A stretch of DNA of 64,000 nucleotides, taken from Ferruginibacter sp. Its GTDB lineage: Bacteria; Bacteroidota; Bacteroidia; Chitinophagales; Chitinophagaceae. The notes below the pieces were generated by a model, which did no database searches, was not told where the DNA came from, and saw nothing but the letters and a program-made list of their open reading frames with translations. Location: NCBI GenBank assembly GCA_041740215.1, contig JBGSMI010000065.1:38201-102200 (forward strand), given 5' to 3'. Each line of letters opens with the position of its first letter. The stretch's first letter is position 1. A program made the position numbers and the translations under genes. Shown here in pieces: positions 18,661 through 28,755 of the stretch.

Positions 18661-19693
18661 GCGTTGCGTATTTTTTTAAAGTTACAGAATCAAGATGGTA
18701 GAACGATACCCGCAGTTGGGTATTTTTAAGATGGCGATTCACTTCTTTTGCTACAGCAAGGATGGTTGAAATATCACTGTTTTCCAAGCGAAGCATATCC
18801 CCTTTTTTTAGCTCATAGCCTGCAAGTAAAGTGTCTTTCAGTATTTCGATCCTGCCATTTTGTTTGGTGGAAAAGGAAGTGGTGAAAATATTTTCCGGCA
18901 AATTTTCAACTAGTCCTTTATAAATATGGTTCCTAAATAAAACTTTCCATCCAAACAATGGGAATGCGATATCCAGTGGCAGAGGATAGTTGGAAAGATT
19001 ACCCGTGTATCTTTTTAATTCATCTGTTTCAATGATGGAGTTTTTTGTTGCCGGATTTTTCAGGTTACCCATATTGTAACACATAAGCAAGCCTCTATTT
19101 ACTGGAGGTACGCCCGTTTTTGCGAAAAATTTTATTTGATGTAAACGTATGGTGGCAGAGAGATTGGTTTGGCATAACTGATGGAGGGTTTTGAGTAATA
19201 TGAAATATTTTTTAGCAGTAGATACCGTCCAGTCGCAATCAATTTGGATTTCTTTTATTGAACTGATTTGATTGACCTGGCATAAATCTTTTATCAATTT
19301 ACTTATTTTGCTCGCCAAAGTGATGGATTGTGTTGAGTCAATTTGTTGCATGCACTCATTGGTAATAAAAACTGTTGGGATGATATTATGCTGTTGAAAT
19401 AGTTGTTTGTCGCAGGCCTGCATCTTTGCAACCGGAATGGCTTCTTTGGAACTTGTCTCCCAATCCACATCAAAAAATTTGACATAAATAGTTTTTACGC
19501 TCAATGCGTCAAGCCGCCTTAACTCAAAGTCAGTAGGTTTTACCACCGATTTCCAATAGTAAAAGGAGCGCTCTACGGTTTTTACACCGGCCTTTTTATT
19601 ACAGGAAAATAATCCTGTTGTTAGATAAAATAAAACGAAACCTAACCAGTATACGGAGTAAACACTGAATTGAGCAATGCTGGTTTTAAACAT
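18626..19693 (-). CDS. Hypothetical lipoprotein with a GH18-like TIM-barrel signature (DUF3142-like)
   Basis: Lipobox LFSC; KEIQIDCDW (cf. GH18 DGxDxDxE) and LMCYN (cf. MxYD). Confidence 0.7.
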   Translation of the reverse strand: MFKTSIAQFSVYSVYWLGFVLFYLTTGLFSCNKKAGVKTVERSFYYWKSVVKPTDFELRRLDALSVKTIYVKFFDVDWETSSKEAIPVAKMQACDKQLFQQHNIIPTVFITNECMQQIDSTQSITLASKISKLIKDLCQVNQISSIKEIQIDCDWTVSTAKKYFILLKTLHQLCQTNLSATIRLHQIKFFAKTGVPPVNRGLLMCYNMGNLKNPATKNSIIETDELKRYTGNLSNYPLPLDIAFPLFGWKVLFRNHIYKGLVENLPENIFTTSFSTKQNGRIEILKDTLLAGYELKKGDMLRLENSDISTILAVAKEVNRHLKNTQLRVSFYHLDSVTLKKYATHDLESIYNSLH

Positions 19694-19698
19694 GATTT

Positions 19699-19706
19699 CA
19701 AAGGTA
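19699..19706 (-). promoter_or_regulatory. Bacteroidota sigma-A -7 box (TACCTTTG), 5 nt before the ATG at 19693
   Basis: Exact match to TAnnTTTG. Confidence 0.6.
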
Positions 19707-19805
19707 AAACTTTTAAAAGCGTTTACTGTGTTGCCATCCTGAAACTGTCTGCATGAATACTCACCCGTGCATTCACCCGTTGGGTATCCGATATACGGAA
19801 TCCAC

Positions 19806-19813
19806 TATATTTG
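19806..19813 (+). promoter_or_regulatory. Bacteroidota sigma-A -7 box (TATATTTG), 4 nt before the ATG at 19818
   Basis: Exact match to TAnnTTTG. Confidence 0.65.
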
Positions 19814-19817
19814 CAGC

Positions 19818-20294
19818 ATGACGTCACAGTTTTTTACCTACAATAAGGGCAAAGTTATCCAGGCGCTGCGGTATCATTTTATTAGCAGGCGTGAAATAAA
19901 AATGATGATGATTCTGGTAAACGTGTTTGCCATTGTATCGGCATTGTTGTTTTTTGCAAAGAAGATTTCCCCAATGGCTTTTTTGGTCAGTTCAATCCTG
20001 TGGTTTGGGCTGATGATTACTTTTTGGTACCTGTTGCCAGTAACCATTTATAAAAAATCAGCTACTTTTAGAGACAGATTTAAAGCAACTTTTGGCAAGG
20101 AAGAATTTACCATTGAAAATGAAAAGGGAAGTCGAAGTTGGCCATGGAAAGATTTTAGTACCACCATGGAAAGTCCACATTTTTTTCATCTATATTTCAA
20201 TACCCGCTCTTTCTTTATCGTTCCGAAAGAATCCTTTAATGAAGATGATGTAAGAGAAGCAAGAAAGATTCTTGCAAACAAAGTGAGGAAGTGA
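19818..20294 (+). CDS. YcxB family membrane protein
   Basis: Two TM helices, then FTIENEKGSRSWPWKDF..ESPHFFHLYF...FFIVPKESF, typical of YcxB-like C-domains; start moved to ATG 19818. Confidence 0.8.
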   Translation: MTSQFFTYNKGKVIQALRYHFISRREIKMMMILVNVFAIVSALLFFAKKISPMAFLVSSILWFGLMITFWYLLPVTIYKKSATFRDRFKATFGKEEFTIENEKGSRSWPWKDFSTTMESPHFFHLYFNTRSFFIVPKESFNEDDVREARKILANKVRK

Positions 20295-20322
20295 TGTTTT
20301 GGAATAAAGCCGGTTGTGAACA

Positions 20323-20389
20323 GGGGAATGGGGAATGGTGAAAAATTAATCGTAATTGATCAATATTTCACTATTAACCATTTACTATT
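20323..20389. repeat. Degenerate intergenic heptamer repeats with partial complementarity
   Basis: GGGGAAT GGGGAAT GGTGAAA ... CACTATT AACCATT TACTATT between convergent genes. Confidence 0.45.
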
Positions 20390-20474
20390 ACGAAGGACCA
20401 TGTTATTATATGCCTCGTACTTGCAATCATTAGGAATTTATAATATTACACCATCAGCATCTTTATCCAGTATT

Positions 20475-20906
20475 TTACCGCAATCTTTTTTCCATAATAT
20501 GATGTGGGATATTAATTTCTACGAACTCATCACCCTGCACTATGTATCCATATTTTTCGTAAAACCCAATAGCCGTATCCCGGGCGTGCATGGTTAATGT
20601 TTTAAAGCCCTTGTCACGGGCAATATTTTCTGCAAATCTAATGATGGATTCCCCAATTCCTTTTCCCTGCATATTTTTCTGAACAGCCATCTGGCGAAGT
20701 CTTACACAGCCGTTTTTAATTTCAGTAAGTATACAACAGCCCATTATTTCGTCATCATCAAATGCCGCTATCAAAATGTCATTCTTTTCTTTTGCCAATT
20801 CGTCCGGTGAAAAAGTTAATCCAAGTGGCTTACGCATCACTTCATGGCGAAGATTGACCATTTGCTGGTATTCTTTGCTTCCATGGTCTATTTGTTTTAA
20901 CCCCAT
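20475..20906 (-). CDS. GNAT family N-acetyltransferase (ElaA/YjcF-like)
   Basis: RLRQMAV...QGKGIG acetyl-CoA motif; HARDTAIGFYEKYGY. Confidence 0.93.
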   Translation of the reverse strand: MGLKQIDHGSKEYQQMVNLRHEVMRKPLGLTFSPDELAKEKNDILIAAFDDDEIMGCCILTEIKNGCVRLRQMAVQKNMQGKGIGESIIRFAENIARDKGFKTLTMHARDTAIGFYEKYGYIVQGDEFVEINIPHHIMEKRLR

Positions 20907-21015
20907 CCTGCAATATAGTAAAAATCTTTCTTTTAAAACAGCGACTTTAATAGGTTGAATAAAAATTAATAGGGGGCCGTTACAACCGCTATTTAGTGTT
21001 TATCCCCAAGACTTT

Positions 21016-21850
21016 TTATTGTTTTATAATTTTCATTGTTTCTGTTTTGTTATCAGACAATTTATTTAGAACAGAGGTTGCTTTAGTTAAACTTTGTTCC
21101 AGGCTGATTAAAAACATGTTTTGTCCTTTTCTCATGATGATGTTTGATTGAAATACCGTCTTACCTTCGGCGCTGCTCACTAAAATTTTAACTGCACCAT
21201 CTTTTTCCGCAACATAATTAACAGTCAACTGGCTCATAAATGAATGGGCCAAATTATCCAGCCTGCTAACAACTGTTTCATTTGTTTTCAGTAACACTAT
21301 TGCAGAGTATACAATTTTGCCATCTGTATCTACTATTTTAAGGCGGTAAAAAGCAATTTTTATCAGCAAAAAAAGTTAAATCATCTTTAGATTGATAGTG
21401 GAGAGCAATACCGCTTAATCCTCTTGCAATAACTGTAGCGATGGGTTCAAAACTATTGGCATCATTGTTTCGTTGTACTTCAAAATGACTGCTATTTATT
21501 TCCTGAAAAGTCTGCCAGTTTAACCGTACAATTTTATCATTCAAGCTATCAGAAAAGGAAGCAATATTTACGGGCAATGTACTCAACGATGGGGCAATTA
21601 ACGGGATTGTATAGGCGGCAGTATTGGACGCCTGAGTGTAACTGTCCAAAGCTGAATAATAAAATACTACATCACCCGTAAAGGTATTTTTAGGTTCAAA
21701 TGAAAGTTGATTATTCTATGTTGGCGTAAGTATCTGACCTATTGTAACAATTGAGCAACTGTTATTTTGCCAAAAAACCAAACCTTCTACTCTAGAAAGT
21801 TTCAGCGTTATTTGATGATTTCGTTTTTCAAAAATGCGGAATAAAAATTC
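21016..21850 (-). pseudogene. Decayed T9SS-secreted protein remnant (Ig-like repeat, LPV-type Ig domain, degenerate type A CTD)
   Basis: One reading VTIGQILTPT*NNQLSFEPKNTFTGDVVFYYSALD...AYTIP...TLPVNIASF...LNWQTFQEINSSHFEVQR is broken by an in-frame TAG at 21718-21716 and a +1 frameshift near 21357-21374, then continues FYRLKIVDTDGKIVYS...KGQN...MKIIKQ. The 5' end is uncertain. Confidence 0.8.
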
Positions 21851-22021
21851 CTAAAAGCTGTCAATTCCTAAAAGCAGAAAAAATTTCTTTGGAAACAATT
21901 TCTCAATCTTCTGGCACCAGAATAAATGCCTGAAAACTGATTTCATCAGGCCGTTTTTCCAATCATTTTTGTACTTAATTTCATTAGAACTTATATTTCT
22001 TTGTATTTATCTCAAAAAGTA

Positions 22022-22029
22022 TATTTTTG
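22022..22029 (+). promoter_or_regulatory. -7 box (TATTTTTG) of acpP, with TTTG at 22000-22003 as a candidate -33 element
   Basis: TAnnTTTG match 26 nt before the ATG; the spacer to TTTG is 18 nt. Confidence 0.6.
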
Positions 22030-22055
22030 CACCTGATTAACTAAATATTATAATT

Positions 22056-22292
22056 ATGTCAGACATTGCAACAAGAGTAAAGAAAATAATTGTTGACAAA
22101 TTAGGTGTAGACGAAGCCGAGGTTACTCCGGAAGCTTCTTTCACAAATGATTTAGGTGCCGATAGCTTGGACACCGTAGAACTTATTATGGAATTTGAAA
22201 AGGAATTCAACATTTCAATTCCAGATGAACAAGCTGAAACCATCACCACAGTTGGTCAAGCGGTTACTTACCTTGAAGAACACGCTAAGTAG
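22056..22292 (+). CDS. acpP: Acyl carrier protein
   Basis: [20 protein letters not shown] phosphopantetheine motif. Confidence 0.98.
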   Translation: MSDIATRVKKIIVDKLGVDEAEVTPEASFTNDLGADSLDTVELIMEFEKEFNISIPDEQAETITTVGQAVTYLEEHAK

Positions 22293-22326
22293 TCATCATC
22301 TGTTTTAATCATCGCAGGCAAATTTT

Positions 22327-23580
22327 ATGGAGTTAAAGAGAGTAGTTGTTACCGGGTTGGGAGCCCTTACCCCATTGGGAAATACCGTTGCTGAGTACTG
22401 GCAAGGGTTAGCTGATGGAGTAAATGGATGTGACTTTATCAAACAGTTTGACGCTTCTAAATTTAAGACCAGATTTGCCTGCGAGGTTAAAGATTTTGAT
22501 CCTACCCTTTACTTAGACCGAAAAGAAGCCCGTAAAATTGATCGTTTTACCCAATTTGCGTTAATTGCCAGTGATGAAGCTGTAAAAGATGCAGGCATCA
22601 GTAGAGACAATGTTGATGTAGATAGGGTAGGTGTAATTTTTGCCAGTGGCATCGGCGGTTTAATTACCTTTCAGGAAGAAGTAGTCAACTTTGCCTCCGG
22701 AGATGGTACTCCACGGTTCAATCCCTTTTTTATTCCAAAAATGATTTTAGATATTGCCGCAGGGCAAATATCCATCCGTCATGGATTTAGAGGCCCAAAT
22801 TATGCCGTAGTAAGTGCTTGCGCATCGTCTACCAATGCGCTTATTGAGGCGTATGACAACATACGGTTGGGTAGGGCTGATGTAATTATTTCGGGAGGTA
22901 GTGAGGCCGTTATTAGTGCAGCCGGCGTTGGTGGCTTTAATGCCATGAAAGCATTGAGCGAAAGAAATGACGACCCGAAAACAGCCAGTCGCCCATTTGA
23001 TAAAGACCGTGATGGTTTTGTAGTTGGAGAAGGAGCCGGCGTAATCATTTTGGAAAGTCTGGAACACGCATTAGCAAGAGGTGCAAAAATTTATTGTGAA
23101 ATAGCCGGCGGAGGCGCTTCTGCAGATGCACACCATATTACCGCTCCACACCCCGAAGGTTTGGGTGCTCAAAATGTTATGCGTGCTGCCTTGAAAGATG
23201 CTGGTATGAATCCAGAAGACATTGATTACATCAATGTACATGGTACATCTACTCCTTTAGGAGATATTGCAGAAACAAAAGCGATTCTCAATGTTTTTGG
23301 AGAACATGCTTATCATTTAAATATCAGTTCTACTAAAAGTATGACTGGGCATAGCCTTGGAGCCGCTGGAGCTATTGAAGCACTGGCGTGTATATTAGCA
23401 GTTACGAAAGATATCATTCCCCCTACAATCAACCACTTTACTGATGATCCAAATCTGGATCCCAAATTGAATTTTACTTTCAACAAGGCACAACACCGAC
23501 CCGTAAATGCTGCTCTTAGCAACACATTTGGCTTTGGTGGACACAATGCTTCTGTAATTGTGAAAAAATACAAACCCTAA
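22327..23580 (+). CDS. fabF: 3-oxoacyl-ACP synthase II
   Basis: VSACASS (catalytic Cys), NVHGTSTPLGD, KSMTGHSLGAAG and SNTFGFGGHN. Confidence 0.97.
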   Translation: MELKRVVVTGLGALTPLGNTVAEYWQGLADGVNGCDFIKQFDASKFKTRFACEVKDFDPTLYLDRKEARKIDRFTQFALIASDEAVKDAGISRDNVDVDRVGVIFASGIGGLITFQEEVVNFASGDGTPRFNPFFIPKMILDIAAGQISIRHGFRGPNYAVVSACASSTNALIEAYDNIRLGRADVIISGGSEAVISAAGVGGFNAMKALSERNDDPKTASRPFDKDRDGFVVGEGAGVIILESLEHALARGAKIYCEIAGGGASADAHHITAPHPEGLGAQNVMRAALKDAGMNPEDIDYINVHGTSTPLGDIAETKAILNVFGEHAYHLNISSTKSMTGHSLGAAGAIEALACILAVTKDIIPPTINHFTDDPNLDPKLNFTFNKAQHRPVNAALSNTFGFGGHNASVIVKKYKP

Positions 23581-23801
23581 TTTAACCTGCACGAATTTAT
23601 TTAGTTGATTTTGCCTGCATTTTTCAAATGGTAGTACGGTGTGTCCGTTTGTGAACGATGATAGCTTTTGTTTATATTTTTTAAAGCATTATAACTTTGA
23701 AAATATGAATGCTACCAAGTGAAAACAAGGACTTGCGACGATTGTTTTAAATTTTTTCATTGCATCAAATAGCATTAATTTCGACAAAACATACACAAAT
23801 T

Positions 23802-24512
23802 TTGCATTTTCTAAAAGACTTAATAAGCGGCGATATTAAAAAAAAGGAGTTTAAAAAGCAACTCAGCAATGTACTTGGTTTTACTCCCGGAGAACTCAAT
23901 CTTTACAGAACAGCGTTGAGCCATCGCTCTGTAAGAGAGGGTGCCGATGAAAACAATGAGCGGCTTGAATTTTTAGGAGATGCTGTTCTAAGTACCGTTG
24001 TTGCCAATTACCTCTTTATGAAATATCCTTACAAAGGAGAAGGTTTTTTAACTGAAATGAGAAGCAAAATGGTGAACCGCCAGCAGCTCAATGATATTGG
24101 AGTAAAGATGGGGCTTAAGAAGATTACAATCTACAATAAACATGACAGCTCTTTGAAAATTTCCCAGATTTTTGGCAATACGTTGGAGGCTTTGATTGGT
24201 GCAGTATTCCTTGACAAAGGATATAGTAAAACCCAAAAATGGGTAGAAAAATATATCATATCCACCCATATGTTTATGGATGACCTGGAAGGCATAGAAA
24301 TAAACATTAAGAATAAATTATACGGCTGGGCAAACAAAAACGGCAAGTCGCTGGAGTTTGAAACATTAAACGAAAAGTTTGAAAACGGAAGACGTTTATT
24401 TACCATTGGAGCCACGGTGGACGGGGAACTTGTGGCGGAGGGAAAAGGCTACAATAAAAAAGATGCGAGCCAGATTGCAGCACAATTGGCAGTTGTTAAA
24501 CTTGGCCTATAG
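23802..24512 (+). CDS. rnc: Ribonuclease III
   Basis: NERLEFLGDAVL signature and a C-terminal dsRBD. Probable start is TTG 23802 (track start 23760). acpP-fabF-rnc synteny. Confidence 0.95.
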   Translation: MHFLKDLISGDIKKKEFKKQLSNVLGFTPGELNLYRTALSHRSVREGADENNERLEFLGDAVLSTVVANYLFMKYPYKGEGFLTEMRSKMVNRQQLNDIGVKMGLKKITIYNKHDSSLKISQIFGNTLEALIGAVFLDKGYSKTQKWVEKYIISTHMFMDDLEGIEINIKNKLYGWANKNGKSLEFETLNEKFENGRRLFTIGATVDGELVAEGKGYNKKDASQIAAQLAVVKLGL

Positions 24513-24623
24513 GCATAAATGGACACATATTATTTTGGTTGAAATGCTTTAGGATATTGTTTCTCTTAAACAACCTTCAATTGGAAAGGCGTATTTCAAA
24601 TAATCACATAAGAATAGCGTACT

Positions 24624-25661
24624 ATGACTTTTGGCATATTAGGAAGTGGGAGTTGGGGAACAGCCATTGCAAAAATATTAACTGATAACGGTCAAACAAT
24701 TGAGTGGTGGAACCGAAGTCAAAAGGCAATTGATCAAATTATATCCCGACGTCACAATCCTCATTATTTAAGTACAGCTTATTTTAATCCCAATCAATTA
24801 AAACTTACCACAAATCCGGTTGAAGTAATCCGGAATTCAGATGTAATCATTATCGCTATTCCTTCTGCCTATGCCGCCCAAACGCTGTTGACACTTGACA
24901 AAAATATCTTCGGTGGCAAAAAAATAATCAGTGCCATCAAAGGCATTTTACCAGCACAAAACTTGTTGCTAAACGATTTTTTAAAAAATGAATTTGATTT
25001 TCCGCTGGAAAATTATTACGCTGTGCTGGGGCCATGCCATGCAGAAGAAGTGGCCGCAGAAAAATTATCATATCTCACATTTTCAGGCATTGATGCGGAA
25101 GGAACCCATGAAATTGCAACGCATTTTAAAACAGATTACCTCAACACCGTCGAGAACGATGACATCTATGGTGTGCAGTTTGCGGCCGTTTTAAAAAACA
25201 TCTACGCAGTAGGGGCGGGGATGGCGCATGGACTTGATTATGGCGATAATTTTTTAAGTGTGTTGATCGCCAATAGTGCCGATGAGATGGCTGGGTTCTT
25301 GAAAAAAGCGGGTATCAAGAATATTGAAGTAGGGCACGTAAATACGTTGCCACCTGCTCACAAACATCGTTCTAACAATTATGCAGCATCCGCTTATTTA
25401 GGCGATTTGTTGGTTACCTGCTACTCATTGTATAGCCGTAACAGAACTTTTGGCAATATGATTGGCAAAGGGTATTCTGTGCAATCCGCACAACTTGAAA
25501 TGAGCATGGTTGCAGAAGGATACAATGCCAGCAAATGTATGTATCACATCAACCAAACCATCATGGCAGAGATGCCCATTGCTGAAACTGTTTATCGGAT
25601 ATTATGGGAGCATCTTCCTCCGGCTGAGGGATTTAAAAAAATTGAAATGGCATTGATATAG
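24624..25661 (+). CDS. gpsA: NAD(P)H-dependent glycerol-3-phosphate dehydrogenase
   Basis: GSGSWGTA, GPCHAEEV, LKNIYAV and YLGDLLVTCYS..SRNR. Confidence 0.95.
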   Translation: MTFGILGSGSWGTAIAKILTDNGQTIEWWNRSQKAIDQIISRRHNPHYLSTAYFNPNQLKLTTNPVEVIRNSDVIIIAIPSAYAAQTLLTLDKNIFGGKKIISAIKGILPAQNLLLNDFLKNEFDFPLENYYAVLGPCHAEEVAAEKLSYLTFSGIDAEGTHEIATHFKTDYLNTVENDDIYGVQFAAVLKNIYAVGAGMAHGLDYGDNFLSVLIANSADEMAGFLKKAGIKNIEVGHVNTLPPAHKHRSNNYAASAYLGDLLVTCYSLYSRNRTFGNMIGKGYSVQSAQLEMSMVAEGYNASKCMYHINQTIMAEMPIAETVYRILWEHLPPAEGFKKIEMALI

Positions 25662-25715
25662 AAGGCCGCTTCATAAAAATCTATTCTAATATTAAGGCAA
25701 AAGAACAGTTTATTT

Positions 25716-26852
25716 CTACTCAAAAAATAAATCTGCTGCTATTCCATCTGCAAACAATTTACCTTCTTTCGTTAAGATCAACCGGTCATTTTTATTTTCC
25801 ATTCTTTTCGTTCGAATATATTTATTACCCGCTATTGAAAGCTCTTCACTGAATTTTTTTCCATAACCTGTCTTAACTTTTTCCAGATCAATACCTTCTA
25901 TCGTGCGTAGGGCGGTCATGATATATTCGTTAAGTTGCTGCAGCGCTGTTAGCTGTTCTTTTTCAAACGGGATCGTGTTTTTTTTCAATGCCTGAATGTA
26001 CATGGCATTGTTGGAGATATTCCATTTTCTTGTTTTGCCGTCATAAGCATGCGCAGAAGGGCCAAATCCATAATAATGTTTCCCCTGCCAGTAGCTGCTA
26101 TTATGCCTGCTTCGCATGCCGGGTTTGGCATAATTGCTAATTTCATAATGCTCGTAACCTGCCTGGTCCATCCAATCCATTAATAGTAGAAATTGGTTGG
26201 CCTGCTTTTCCGCATCAACGGGGGCTTTTTTATGAAGGGCAATCATTTTCTCCAGCGCTGTTTTAGGCTCTACTGTTAATGCATAACAAGAGATATGGGG
26301 TATATCTTTTTCAATCACCGTTTGCACATTTTTCATCCAGTCCTCGTTACTCAATAAAGGAGAACCATAAATCAGGTCAATTGAATAGTTGGTAAAACCC
26401 GCTTCTTTTATTGCATCAATGCATCGCATCGATTCGGAAGCAGTATGCGCTCTGTTCATCCAAAGCAATTCGGTTTCTAAAAATGATTGAATGCCTACGC
26501 TAAACCGGTTAATTCCAGCCTGTTTCCAGAGTTTTAATTTGTTGGTAGTGATGTCATCGGGGTTGGCTTCCAACGTAATTTCAGCATCCTGAGCAATCAA
26601 AAACTTTGTATTTAAAGCATCCATAATAATTAACAGATCATCTATTGATAAAATGCTGGGTGTGCCTCCACCAAAATATATGGTTTCACAAAGCTCTTTT
26701 CCGGTATTTACGGCATTAGAAGGTGTAAGCTGAATCTCTTTTACCAGTGCTGCTATCAGCTCTTCTTTCAATTGAAGCGATGTTGAAAAATGGAAATTAC
26801 AATAATGACATGCCTGCTTGCAAAACGGTATATGAATATAGATGCCTGACAA
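25716..26852 (-). CDS. hemW: Radical SAM heme chaperone HemW
   Basis: IYIHIPFCKQACHYCNF, YFGGGTPS and YEHYEISNYA motifs. Confidence 0.93.
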   Translation of the reverse strand: MSGIYIHIPFCKQACHYCNFHFSTSLQLKEELIAALVKEIQLTPSNAVNTGKELCETIYFGGGTPSILSIDDLLIIMDALNTKFLIAQDAEITLEANPDDITTNKLKLWKQAGINRFSVGIQSFLETELLWMNRAHTASESMRCIDAIKEAGFTNYSIDLIYGSPLLSNEDWMKNVQTVIEKDIPHISCYALTVEPKTALEKMIALHKKAPVDAEKQANQFLLLMDWMDQAGYEHYEISNYAKPGMRSRHNSSYWQGKHYYGFGPSAHAYDGKTRKWNISNNAMYIQALKKNTIPFEKEQLTALQQLNEYIMTALRTIEGIDLEKVKTGYGKKFSEELSIAGNKYIRTKRMENKNDRLILTKEGKLFADGIAADLFFE

Positions 26853-26884
26853 AGATTTTTGATTTACAATTTTAGACTTTAGTT

Positions 26885-28717
26885 TTGAATGCAGGAATGA
26901 TAACTATTAAAACTATTTTTCAATTTTTGTGTCGTGCTGCAATGCTAATTGTAGTTTGTCATTCATGCAATGTTTGCGCTCAACAACTGCCTTTCAACAA
27001 ATACTTACTTAAAATAAATTACGTCGACAAAGATAGTTCCTTTATGTCGCAGCCATTGAAACTTCAAAACTCGTTTGCCAGCCAGATACAGTGTTTCGAT
27101 TACGTAAATAAACTTACGGGTTTACTTAATTCAAAAGGTTATCTCGCCGCTTCGGTTGATTCTGTTTTTTATGATTCCACCTTTGCCAGCGTGCAGCTAT
27201 TTCTCGGGTCGCAGCAAGTTCTGGTGCAATTGCGTACTGCCGGAATAGAAAAAAGGGCATTGGATATGAGTGGGTTTACTGAAAAGGGATATGTAAACAG
27301 GCCGGTAAATATTGGCCAGTTGCAAATCATTAAGGAGCGTATCCTAAATTATTATGAAAAAAATGGTTATCCCTTTGCCGGTATTTTACTCGATAGTATT
27401 CGGCAAACTGCAGATACGATGCTTGCCAGTTTAAAAGTAATTAAAGGGCCGTTGTATCATATTGATAGTATTCGTGTGAAGGGGAAAGTAAAAATTTCAA
27501 ATAGCTTTTTGCAACGATACTTAAGTATTCCTAATGGAAGTATTTACAACAAGGATAGGTTGGATCAGGTAAGTAAACGATTTTTAGAGTTACCCTATTT
27601 GCAGGAACAACAGCCATCCGAATTGCTGATGTTGGGTTCCGGTTCGGTATTGGATGTTTATCTCTTACCTAAAAAAAGTAGCCAGATTAATTTTTTGCTG
27701 GGAGTTTTGCCTGCCAACAGTCAAACCAATAAATTACAATTTACAGGAGATGTTAATTTGAATTTGCGCAATGCATTGGGCAATGGCGAATCTATTTTGC
27801 TAAACTGGCAACAATTGCAAATAAGTTCGCCACGTTTAAACCTCGGTTATCAGCAGCCCTATATTTTCAAATCAGCCTTTGGATTCGATTTTTCTTTTGA
27901 TCTTTTTAAAAAGGACTCTACTTTTTTGCAACTAAACGCACAATTGGGCATTCAGTATCTTTTATCTGCCAATCAATCGGGTAAAATATTTATTCAAAAC
28001 CAAAGTAGTATTTTGCTGGCGTCGGGGGTAGATACTAATTTGGTAAAAGTAAACAGGGAGCTTCCTCCAAATATTGATGTACGGGCGATAAATATCGGAC
28101 TGGATTATGAATTAAATACCACCAATTACCGGTTTAACCCAAGATCTGGCAATGAATTGCGGTTGATAAGTTCAGTCGGTATAAAAACGATAAGCCGCAA
28201 TAATGAAATACTTAATTTAACGGGCCCTTCTTTTGACTACGCTACCTTATACGATTCAATCAAACTAAAATCCTACCAGTTGCGGGCAAAACTTACAGCC
28301 GCACATTATTTCTCAGTAGGAAAAGGTAGTGCATTGAAGACAGCTTTCAATGGTGGGTTATTCAGCAGCCAGAGCGTTTTTCGCAATGAATTATTCCAAA
28401 TTGGCGGATACAAACTTTTAAGGGGTTTTGATGAGGAAAGTATTTATGCCACCCGATATGGCGTCGTAACAGTAGAGTTTCGCAATCTGGTTGGTTTAAA
28501 TTCCTATCTATTTACATTTATGGATGCCGGCTGGGCAAAAAACAAATACAAGGAAATCAACACAAGTAACAGCTTTATCAGTGCAGGTTTAGGGCTGGTG
28601 TTTGAAACCAAAGCAGGTCTGTTAAATATGAGTTTTGCGGTTGGTAAAAGAAATGATTTGAAACTTGATTTAAGGCAGGCAGCAAAAATACATTTTGGAT
28701 ATATTAATTTTTTCTAG
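26885..28717 (+). CDS. Omp85/BamA-TamA family outer membrane protein with POTRA-like domain(s)
   Basis: YEKNGYPFA POTRA segment, LRNALGNGE barrel entry, QIGGYKLLRGFDE lid motif, terminal HFGYINFF; exact start uncertain. Confidence 0.85.
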   Translation: MNAGMITIKTIFQFLCRAAMLIVVCHSCNVCAQQLPFNKYLLKINYVDKDSSFMSQPLKLQNSFASQIQCFDYVNKLTGLLNSKGYLAASVDSVFYDSTFASVQLFLGSQQVLVQLRTAGIEKRALDMSGFTEKGYVNRPVNIGQLQIIKERILNYYEKNGYPFAGILLDSIRQTADTMLASLKVIKGPLYHIDSIRVKGKVKISNSFLQRYLSIPNGSIYNKDRLDQVSKRFLELPYLQEQQPSELLMLGSGSVLDVYLLPKKSSQINFLLGVLPANSQTNKLQFTGDVNLNLRNALGNGESILLNWQQLQISSPRLNLGYQQPYIFKSAFGFDFSFDLFKKDSTFLQLNAQLGIQYLLSANQSGKIFIQNQSSILLASGVDTNLVKVNRELPPNIDVRAINIGLDYELNTTNYRFNPRSGNELRLISSVGIKTISRNNEILNLTGPSFDYATLYDSIKLKSYQLRAKLTAAHYFSVGKGSALKTAFNGGLFSSQSVFRNELFQIGGYKLLRGFDEESIYATRYGVVTVEFRNLVGLNSYLFTFMDAGWAKNKYKEINTSNSFISAGLGLVFETKAGLLNMSFAVGKRNDLKLDLRQAAKIHFGYINFF

Positions 28718-28755
28718 GCAAAATCATTTTAATTTTGCGGCTTAATCTATTCATA

